Shown in pieces: positions 52,901 through 62,457 of a stretch of 64,000 bases of DNA. Position 1 is the stretch's first letter. Each line of letters starts with the position of its first letter. The stretch is from Pocillopora damicornis (lineage: Eukaryota). A model generated the notes under the pieces. It made no database searches and was not told where the DNA came from. It saw nothing but the letters and a program-made list of their open reading frames with translations. The position numbers were made by a program, and so were the translations under genes. Location of the stretch: assembly GCF_003704095.1 (NCBI RefSeq), contig NW_020844363.1:682001-746000 (forward strand). Direction: 5' to 3'.

Positions 52901-54543
52901 TTTAGAGTTATGGAGAACAACTTGGTCTCACAACCCTATCAGGGGATGATATAAGAATATTCTTGTTGTCCATGACTACTGCAAATATCCTCCTTTTGAG
53001 CTCCGTGGTTAGATATGATGCCCCTATCTTTCCATACCAGTGCGTTGCACTCACCAGTGTCTTTCTCTGCTTTGTTACGTCCTTCTCGAAGAATTGTTTT
53101 AATTGCTGTAAGCTTTATTTTCTAGGTTGCATGAAGTGACCTTTCTGAGATCTCTGCTTGTTCTTTCTCCACAGACACCTCTTCATCTCGCCGCTATCAC
53201 AAAGCAACCTCGCATGCTGGAATGTTTGTTAAGAGCCAGAGCAAATGCTAGATCACGTGACCGTCATGGAAACACTGCTGTGCACATTGCATGCATGCAC
53301 GGAGATGCTATGTGTCTGAAAGCAATGTTGAACTTCAATGTGACAAAAACTGTTCTTAACTGGCAGAATTACCAAGGTGAGAATTGAACAATAAAATCAT
53401 GTGCACCAGAGGATTATTGCAAGACGTTGAGAGAAGCAGCTCCTTAATGTTGGTTCTGTTTCGAATACCCGATTTGCATCCTCTTTGTTGAATGAGATAA
53501 TCCCCAGAACCAGAGTAGGTTAGTATGGGATTACATTTAAATTACTAATGAGTAAATCTGTGTACAGGACTAACACCAGTGCATCTGGCAGTGCAAGCGG
53601 GCAGTAAAGATGTCCTTAAACTGCTGAATTCTGCGGGAGCCAACATGAGCGCTCAGGTATTTTATTACTTTCAACATTCTTGTGTTAACCCTTTACACCC
53701 GAGCATCAGTATGAATATTCTCCAGACTGTTCTGTATAGGTTTCCAAAGGTGCTAACAAGGAGAATTTGTTTAACAATCAAGAGCTTCTTTAGTTGGTGA
53801 TCATTCCTTTGATTCTCGTGACCTTAATGTTTCATTGAGGGGGGGGGGGGGGATTTTCTAAGGAGAAATTAGATGCTAATCACTCTCAGAGGTTAAAGGG
53901 TTGAACAACTTATTTTTTTAAATCAAGCACAAGAAAATTTCAGATGAAATCGAGAGTTAATAATATTTGTTGTTCGGGGATTTCAATCTTTGTGAGAAAG
54001 GTGGCATCTGTCTTTTAGTCGGTGAAAAGGGCAAGTTTTTTGTTTGTGAACATAAGTAGTTATCCATTCTGATCTTAGTGATATTATGTTTTGTCGTTGT
54101 TTAGGATGGCACTAGTGGTAAGACACCACTTCATCATGCAGTTGAACAGGACAATCTGGCCGTCGCTGGATTTCTCATTCTTGAGGTAAACTATTAAATA
54201 GACTTTCTTCCACAAGAAGTGAGCCACAATGTACGGGAAGGGCACAGTCACGAGTACATGGTCCAAAGCTTCTTAAAGCTTTTTCAATCGAATGTGGAAA
54301 AACATCCAGGATCTGCGGTGAACATGTTAGTTTCACTTCAAGTAATTTAGTGTTAACAACTGGGTTGAAAACGTAAATTGGCCACCGTAAAGAGTAGAAA
54401 AGCTGGCGTTTCGAGCGTCAGCCCTTCGTCAGAGCGATGGCGAAGAGCTAACGCTCGAAACGTCAGCTTTTTTACTCTTTTTACGGTGGTCAATTTACGT
54501 TTTCAACTCAGTTGTTAACGCTAAATTACCGGCTATACTCCCT

Positions 54544-54586
<43 letters not shown>

Positions 54587-57123
54587 ATTAGTTTCACTTC
54601 ACTGCGCTCTCTGATTGGTCTAAAAAACTTTCCCCACCCTTTCAGTCAATCAGATACAAAGGAAAAGCCCGTCACGACGTCCTCACTCTTCAGGTCGTGG
54701 AAATCTATTTACTATGACTCTGATTGGTTTTGTTTTTTTTTGAAGAAAATTACCTTTTTGATTGGCTTTGGTTTTGGTTTTACGTCATTGAGCCTAGTTT
54801 TCCCTACATGAGGCTTTTGACTCCTTTTGTTTACCATAAACACTTTTGGTGGTATGGATTGTTATAGATGTTTATTGAATTAATTTATAAATAAATGTCT
54901 TATCTTCTCACTAGGCGAACTGTGATGTGGACGCAATCACTCTCGATGGAAACACACCACTGCACGTTGCTGCAGCCAGTGGGCTCAAGGGCCAGACCGC
55001 GCTTTTAGTTGCGGCAGGGGCCGATACAACAGTACAGAACAGCGATGATGAAATACCTTTTGACTTGGCAAATGTAGCTGAGGTAAGTTTCTCAGGAAGC
55101 GGCTCACTTCGCCCAATAGCACTTTCGCCCCGAGTCTTACCTTTGTTTTGCTTTTTCACGGAGTGCCGTAAAGTTGAAGAAATACTGACCCTTGCAAGAA
55201 GTAAGAAAGTTTCTGTCTTGTCAGCGAATCCCAAAAGGAGGAGGCTCCTATAAGACATAAGAAATTAGCAAAGAAAAGAGCTCTAATTAGGCTTCGGAGG
55301 GCAAGTGACACTCATTATCAATCAGAAGTAAATAAAGAGGAATAAACAGCCGTAGCAAAATTTGAAAGGCCGACATGTTATTCATTAGCTCCTCGTAGGA
55401 GTGTAAGGAAAGTTAAACGCTTCAACAAAGGGCTAGCGCTCGAAAAAGTCGCCGCTTTTCAAAATTCGCCGTGGAGCTTCACTTACCTGCCCTTCCTACT
55501 GATGCCGAGCTCACATGAATGCCTGAACGTTTTGTGTCCTTCTAGGTTCAGGAAATCCTGGATGAAGATGAAATACTGAGCACGGATCCTTCCCAAGACG
55601 ATGGTGAGTTTTTTTCTTTAAATCTTCAAATGCAGACGAAGGTACACGAGAAAGTTTTCTGTGGCAGCGCTGACACAGTGCAGACGCGTTGTAGACGCAA
55701 GGTGGAGGCATTGCAAGGGCAGATTTTCCTCGACAAGTCCCCGCCTTGTCTAAAAATTACGCGCCTTAATGGTGAGGTCATCTAATAAAACTCTTTTTCC
55801 TTTCTTCCAGATTTAGCAAGTGGATTAACTGGCCTTGCGCTTGGTCAAGGTAAGATTTTATGGTACATTCTGAAAACATCAGGTTTTGCGACTTTCATGT
55901 ATAGTGGAAATGCTGTGATCAAGAACTTTTTCTTAATTTCTCTATTTTGTTTATTTGAGGGTTACGGGCAAAGTGAGCCAATTCAGAGTTAATGTTTACA
56001 ATTTGCCCCACAAACATCTAATTTTGAATGTTTAACCCTTCACTAGGTGATATGGATAAACTGGATCCTTACGTCAGAAGAATGATGGCCCAAAAGTTGG
56101 ATCCCACCACTGGAGGTGGAGCGGACTGGCGTGAATTGGGAAGGAGACTGGGACTAGGGACATTGGAGAATGCGTTCGCAATTCATTCAAGTCCAACAAC
56201 ACAGGTGTTGGCTCAATACGAGGTGAGCATACGATTAGGGAAGAGAGGCTTGTTTCAGAATAAGAGAATTTCAATTGTTACTTCACGAGTGCTTACGCAG
56301 AGTCTTGAAAAAGGAAGGAAATTTGCAAACTGATTTTCAAGTCCTGGAAAAACTATAGCAATAAAGATTAAATCTGAAAAGGGAGTGAGATGGAGTTTTG
56401 GCGCATGATCACTTAAGTTCACGATAATTAATAGAGGCAAATTGAAGATGATTGACTTTTTTTTCTCCACTTAGGCTGCTGATGGCAACATCAAGACTTT
56501 ACGGCAGGTTCTTTATGACATGCGCAGAGGAGACGTACTTGAGATACTCGATGGGCATGGGCGGCAAGACTCGGGGTTTGATTCCGGTCTTGGTTCCCAG
56601 TCCTTATCGGCGAGTAGATCGGAAGGTAAGATTCGCTTTGTTTGTTCTTGTGCAATTAGTTCATCGTTCGGCTGTCCGACAGTCAATCGGTTTAGTCGAT
56701 CGCATTTAGTCAGTCAGTTGGTTTCAGCGGGTCAAACTATCAATCAGCCAGCCAAACTATCAGCAGACAGTGAGTCAGACAGGTGCTCATCCTGTGAGTC
56801 AGGAAGTGGTGATTCATTTGGTCGCTTGATTCATTTGGTCGCTTGATCCAGCGCGTCAGTTGGTCATACAATCATCCATCTGGATATTTAGGCTGCCAAT
56901 CAATCAGGGGAAAATTACCGGTGTATTCCTTTTGTTCCTTGTTTAGCTTTTCTTCAAAATAATAAATCCCTTTTTTTACTTTTTTTCAGAATTATTTTCG
57001 TACGATGAGGGTTTTTCGAAAGGATCCTCTAATTCCTCGTTAAAGAAAGGAGTAACGAGTCTTGACTCCACGCGAAAGGCTGGGAATTTACAACCCATCA
57101 GGAGACACCAAGATGTGTGTTGA
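46970..57123 (+). CDS. NFKB1: Nuclear factor NF-kappa-B, full-length p105/p100-type precursor, 21 coding exons, ~926 aa
   Basis: Exons: 46970-47093, 47654-47688, 48186-48436, 48981-49195, 49524-49682, 50085-50189, 50311-50408, 50596-50734, 51196-51408, 51860-51955, 52456-52591, 52708-52819, 53175-53376, 53568-53656, 54105-54185, 54915-55082, 55546-55603, 55811-55849, 56047-56222, 56475-56625, 56990-57123 (2781 nt, open frame). [79 protein letters not shown], Gly-rich region, ankyrin repeats ([46 protein letters not shown]), death domain ([13 protein letters not shown]), [10 protein letters not shown]. Co-orthologue of NFKB1/NFKB2. Confidence 0.97.
48484..48725 (+). mobile_element. SINE with CORE-like central block in an NF-kB intron
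   Basis: TGTGTCTTTGGGCAAGTCACATT...CAGTGCTTCTCT...GTATAAATGGGTACTGG resembles the CORE-SINE (MIR-type) conserved block. Confidence 0.55.
52275..52390 (+). mobile_element. Degenerate tRNA-derived SINE
   Basis: CTCTCTAGCTTAGTTGTAGAG..CTGAAGGTTTGAGGTTACATTCC..ACTCAGATTTTT, colinear with the 31478 copy. Confidence 0.45.
53685..53904. mobile_element. MITE with piggyBac-like ends
   Basis: TTAA|CCCTTTA ... TAAAGGG|TTGA termini, ~220 bp, non-coding; second copy at 10565-10736. Confidence 0.7.
54341..54587. mobile_element. TSD-flanked foldback element with hammerhead-ribozyme-like cores (Penelope-like-element related)
   Basis: 14-bp direct repeat TTAGTTTCACTTCA at 54327-54340 and 54588-54601; ~90-bp inverted arms 54342-54431 / 54438-54529; CTGACGA-stem-GAAAC on the minus strand. 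Confidence 0.75.
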
Positions 57124-57893
57124 CTCGACAAACTGTGTAAAAAAATACACCTAGACTAGAGGCTTATTTAGGCTTGTGCACCGGCATTACGTAACAGTTT
57201 CACCGAAAAAGACGAAAGACTAGGATTGTGATGTCAAGACAGCGTGACAGATGTAGATCTAGTATTACTTTGCATTGCGTAACTTAGGGTCAATATTTCT
57301 CGGTGCGTCGGAGTACAACAGTCAATCGTATGACATTCACACCCTCTTATGGAAGGGTTGATCGAATTATTATAAGCTTCCCATTGCAAGAATTTTCCGT
57401 CTGACGGAACTTGAAGGTAACAGGTTTGAATGTAATATTGTGTCATTTAGTAATAGTGCTGAATTCATAGTGTATTCCAGATGAGTCGTGTTTTTAAAAT
57501 ATACCATTTATATTCTATTTTTCCTTACGCAATCGGTGTTATTTCTACAATAGTTGGTTAGGTTTCGGAGAAGTTATGACTTTGGGGCTTTAAAAGCCAA
57601 CATAACCGTCTCTAATATGAACTAGGTGTCATTTTAGCTAATATTTACTCATTTGTCATTGAATTGTAGTCACTGTTTCGTTTTGCAATCACATTTTCTC
57701 ACAGGTGGGTTATTTGAGATTGTGAGGGAAGCGAAGAGGTTGATAACTAGGCTCTGATAGCGTAGGAGACTGGGTCATGGTTTTCCTTTTTGCGTCATAT
57801 TATCTTGACGACTGTAGCACCCTGTTCTGGGAGTAAATGGCCTCAATTCTTGCAGTTGTAAATTACTACAATTATTAAGCTTCTGTTAAAATC

Positions 57894-57916
57894 TTTATTT
57901 ACGAAATATCAATAAA
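57894..57916. terminator. Opposed polyadenylation signals of NF-kB (+) and the GPCR (-)
   Basis: AATAAA at 57911-57916 on + and TTTATT (AATAAA on -) at 57894-57899, lying between the two convergent stop codons. Confidence 0.5.
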
Positions 57917-58089
57917 ACACATTAAGAAATCTATTGGTTCCTCTAAAATTTCCTGCGTAAATCTACGGGTACAATATGTCGTTAATGGTTTTCAGGACTG
58001 CCCCATTGAAATGATCGGCGAAACCTGGGAACGAGATAATGCGAAACTTGACCTGGACAGTTGAGTTGTTATGGGAACAGTGATACGAA

Positions 58090-59118
58090 TCATCGGTTGA
58101 AAAGTGCGAGTTTGCTGCGAGTCAATTCGTAGCTATCACTGCGGGAAATGTTTAAGCTAGATCCAGTGTAAGAAAGATTGTTCATCGGTAGTAGTTCGTT
58201 GATTTGACGTCGTCTTCTCTTGTGGGTGATTTTGTCCACTATGCGATGCAACAATGGTCGAATAACTCGTTTTAACCTCTTATTCAGATAGCCATAGATA
58301 ACGAAGTTAACCAAAATCCCGCACTGCATCAAAACTACAGCACATACTTTTGCATCGTGTGACAGCTGCCCAGTAAACATCGCTGTCGTAATGCATCCAA
58401 GATAAGGCAGGTGACATGAGCACAACGTTAGAACCATTAAAGTTATCATTTGAATGTTTTTGGCCGATACGCGAATATTTCTTTCTGCTATTCGCCTTCT
58501 GCTCGAGTCTAAGCTGTAAAAATCGGGTGGTAAGTTATCCGTTTTCTGGTGAAAATAGATGACTAAGTTAGCGTACATGCACAAAGTTCCGAAATGTAAA
58601 AATGCAAGAAATGCAAATTGTGCCGCAGCCACTCCTCTAGAGTATTTGGTCACATCTGCGCTCGTTTCTTGCTTAAAAAATGTCACAAGGCTCGCGTAAA
58701 CAGTAGAGATAATCCATGAAAAAGTGATGCAACATGTAGTTTGTTTAACAGTCATTTGGGCAAGCTTTCGTCCACACAACACCAAACTGTATCTTGTTAT
58801 ACTTATTAGAAACAGTGCCTGAAAATAAACGCTGATTGCAAATTCTTCTATAAAACTCTTCACGCCGTGTCCAAGCTCTGTAGTACTGTTAATCTGTAAT
58901 ACATCGAATACTAACGTGAACACTCCTGAAAAAAATTCAAGAAGCAAACCAGCAAAGCAAAGATTTATCACCGGCACGGCAGTAGGTACTTGTAAGTATT
59001 TGTCCTTGTAGACTGCATAGCATATAGTTGAAGCTGCAAAGAATACAGCAAAGGTAAACAACGAGAAAATTATAGCGGCGAAAACGATGCTGAACGCGTT
59101 TACTGCGTTGAAATTCAT
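58090..59118 (-). CDS. Orphan rhodopsin-like (class A) GPCR, intronless CDS, ~342 aa
   Basis: Long ORF (track 58090-59148 starts at GTG; first ATG at 59118) with seven hydrophobic segments and class A motif variants: INL (TM2), ISITRY (DRY), W in TM4, CHLP (CWxP), NFVIYGYLNKRLK (NPxxY plus helix 8). Confidence 0.85.
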   Translation of the reverse strand: MNFNAVNAFSIVFAAIIFSLFTFAVFFAASTICYAVYKDKYLQVPTAVPVINLCFAGLLLEFFSGVFTLVFDVLQINSTTELGHGVKSFIEEFAISVYFQALFLISITRYSLVLCGRKLAQMTVKQTTCCITFSWIISTVYASLVTFFKQETSADVTKYSRGVAAAQFAFLAFLHFGTLCMYANLVIYFHQKTDNLPPDFYSLDSSRRRIAERNIRVSAKNIQMITLMVLTLCSCHLPYLGCITTAMFTGQLSHDAKVCAVVLMQCGILVNFVIYGYLNKRLKRVIRPLLHRIVDKITHKRRRRQINELLPMNNLSYTGSSLNISRSDSYELTRSKLALFNR

Positions 59119-59532
59119 TCTCCGTTGACGAGCAGTCGAGGACCGCACTCACTTTGTGCTCCTGTCACGAAGATTTAAGAAGTAAAAAATGGATTTGCAT
59201 TTGAAATGAAATTCACTGCTTGCCTTGCATTAATTGTATGCATCTCACTACAATTCGCACGTCGTTTTTGTTCATAAAACTGCGCATGGTGAAAAAAGAG
59301 AGAAAAGAAAAAACGCTCTTGTCTGTGCGACTCCTAATAATTTCTGCTTTTCCGGAATTTATTAAGCTTTCAGAGATTTCGACCTTAATTTTGATGTACT
59401 AACAGGCTTTGTTACAATTAAAAACCAGAATGAAAACATGAAAGGTCAAATGAAGTTAGGTAGTGCTGTGAGGAGAAACACTAAGATAGTGGTATCTTTT
59501 AGCGGAAGTATGATACGAGACACCCACAATAA

Positions 59533-59758
59533 GAAGGTCTCAAAGAGGTTAACCGTTAGCCTTAAAACGGACTAGAAAATTTAGCCGTTAGGCGAAAAAA
59601 TTGACAAATTTCAACCGTAAGTCACCAAAAAAAGTTAACCGTAAAATGTTTTTATTTTACTGGCCAAAGAAAGAGGGTTAACCTTTAGCCGTCAAACAGC
59701 CAAAATTTTAACCGTTAATTTTAGCCGTAACATACGTCGTAATTCCACTGAGACCCTC
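59533..59758. mobile_element. MITE-like element with internal TTA(A/G)CCGT repeats
   Basis: Termini GAAGGTCTCA (59533-59542) / TGAGACCCTC (59749-59758); at least six internal TTAACCGT/TTAGCCGT motifs. Confidence 0.6.
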
Positions 59759-62457
59759 AAAATAAACATCGGGGTGAATTGCTATCGTAAAACATCAAGC
59801 TGCATCTTCCTAATTCTGAAAAGTGTCTTTCGATCATAAGAACAAAAGTAGAGATTTATATATGTCAGTAAGAAAGCCGCGATACAGGTGAAAATTTTTG
59901 CATAAAATAACGTGAGCGAAGATCAAAACAATGGTTGTCGAGTTTTCTCATCTCACAAATAAAAACATGCATAGGTCATTAGATGAACTTTAGTCATTCA
60001 AACTTGACGCGAGAATTTCTTCATCCATATCATGCAACTCGTCAGTCATGTGAAAATTTTGTGATGAGGTAGTAATGAAGATCACATTTTTAAAAACGTG
60101 TGCTAGAATCCGACCGTAACTAATTTCGCAGAGTGGTAGTAGAATTTCAAACAAACAGCTGAAGGTAAGTTTCACGACTTTGACTCAGCATTTTGAATCG
60201 CCAGGTACCTTAGACTTGTTCGTCAGATTTTTCTACGAATCAATTCAAGCCGTTCTTATAAACTTCATGTGTAAGTCGGCTTTGATTACTGACGAAATTC
60301 AAGTCTAAACGGCAGGTGTACAAATCTTTTTTTCCCTTCAACATCTACTGATAAAAAAAAGCCGAAGACAGTCATTTTTGCCTATAGGTTTTTCATCATA
60401 TCATGAAAAATGCGACTCAAAATTTTTAATGACAATCAAATCATATTTATTAAACAGTTCGTTTTCATCAGTTCATTTCAAGCATGTGACTCTTACTGAC
60501 CTTTTTTTTTTNNNNNNNNNNTTTCATTTAATGTAAAGAATTCATTATAAAGTTAAGTCGAATGCAACTTCATTGTCTAACTTGATTTCGGACTCAAACT
60601 GAAGAGCAGATTTTTCTTTTACAGACATACAGTTTAAGTGTCATGCAAAATTCGGCTTCAAAAGTCTCGAGATAATTTTTCTTTAGAAAGTTCGGCTTCA
60701 TTCAGCGGACTACTACTCTTAAGCGGAAAAACTTCCTGAGCTGAAAGAGCATGTTTGGTTTTCTCACCTAGGCGCATGATCTTTCAAAATGGATGATTTG
60801 ACAGGTTGGTTCATACCTTGAAGAAGTATTGTTCGCTATTGGAGCTCAGTTTGTTCAGGAAAAACAAACAAACCATTATTTAAAGACAGAGTTTAAGCAA
60901 AAGCTGGCTAGGATATGTCAGTAACCATTGTTCCTCAAATTAATTAAACCCCGGCACAAAGGCGCCTCAGAGCGAATTAGGGTGCTCATCCGACTTACTG
61001 CTGAACTGTTAACTATTCGTGAAGAAGTTGTTTATTTAAAATGCTTCTCAACTCTCAGTTGTCAGCTGAACATAATGGCAAGACGTCTGTAAACTATGAG
61101 GTCTGCACAAGTACATTTGACTGTGTTAAGAGCTTCAAGGTAAGGAATTTTTTCTTAGTCTCGAAATTGAGTAACAAGGAACCAGTTTCAAAATACAGGA
61201 AATACCATTGGAAAGCTTTGAATCAAAGCCATTCGTAAGTAAATGTGGGCATGCCCAGGCTTCTTTTTCCTGTTCTATAAACAGGTTATTAAGACGCGGT
61301 CGTCATTCGATCTCAGTCGCGTTTTTAATCTGGGAATTAAAAAAACTTTGATCGGAATGTGCTGATTGTACCGAAAGTTAAAAAGTTTCGAATCAGTGTT
61401 CACTGAATCAGCATTTACTTTGTTTGGAGAAGCGTCTAAGATTTCTCCCGCATGACCAAAAATGCTTGATGTCAAACATCAATTTGAATTCCAGCTCTTC
61501 CTGAAAGAAACCTTCGTGTCTAAGACTGGCACTGTTTGGTGCGATACTTGGAACGTATTGGAAGCATTTTTGCATCGATTAATATAGATCGCTTAAAATG
61601 AAAGAAAGATATGGAAGATAAAGTGGCTTTACTTCTCTGGCCTTGCCGATTCACGTTTTGGTTTTCTTCTGGGATACTGTTTCCTCGCTAAAGTAAGCAG
61701 TTTTAAAATAGCATCTTACTTTCACGGGACTTTTAAACGACCAAATTAAAGTCTCCCTTTCTCGCATGTTGACAAGTTGTATGATAAAAAAAAACAACTA
61801 TTTCCCATTTTCAATTTCAGTTTGACAAATGCGAGTGATCAGAAGTGGTCGTAATATTTAGGGAAATGTCTCATATTTAGTATGATAACATTTTCATTTT
61901 CATTTCTAGTTACAAAAATTACTGTTTTTAGATCACCTCTCAGTTGTCTTACAGTATAGCAGGGAGTATAGTCACTTACATCGTTCAATCCATGTATAGG
62001 TGACTTTTGCGTATCCGTGATTGTTGAAAGAATACACCTCAGTTTTTCGATTGAAGAGATATCCTCCTCTTTTAAACTGAACTGCTTTTTGCAGCTGGAA
62101 ATTCAGTGTTTCGTGAACGGTAAGTTGTCGATTCAAGTATGTACGTTCATTATTTACTAGTGACGGTCCGTGACGGACTCACCGCTCAGAGCAAGCGGAG
62201 AGGCTGGTTTTCTCTTCAAGTGTATTTGATGTGCTGTCACAAATCCTTATTATTAATATCTGACAATGCTTAAAATGTTATAAATGGATGAATTAAATTC
62301 CAAATTTATTTTTTGGCAATCAATTCTTGTTCGTTGAGAACGTTGTATGGGTATTCAGTCAGATGGAATATAATAATTAGTAACGGTTTAAGGAACTTTT
62401 CTTTCAAATCCGATTGAAAATTAAAACTGTTTCTCTTCTATTGCAGGCTTCGCAACC

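Noticed and set aside
55415-55475. Third hammerhead-like motif
   Set aside because: Too degenerate (CUGAnGA core lost); at most a decayed fragment of the same repeat family.
56907-56919. Isolated kB-like sequences (also ~3586-3596)
   Set aside because: Imperfect matches outside a promoter context, expected by chance.
58090-59118. GPCR as an opsin
   Set aside because: The retinal-binding Lys position, six residues before the N of NPxxY, is Gln.
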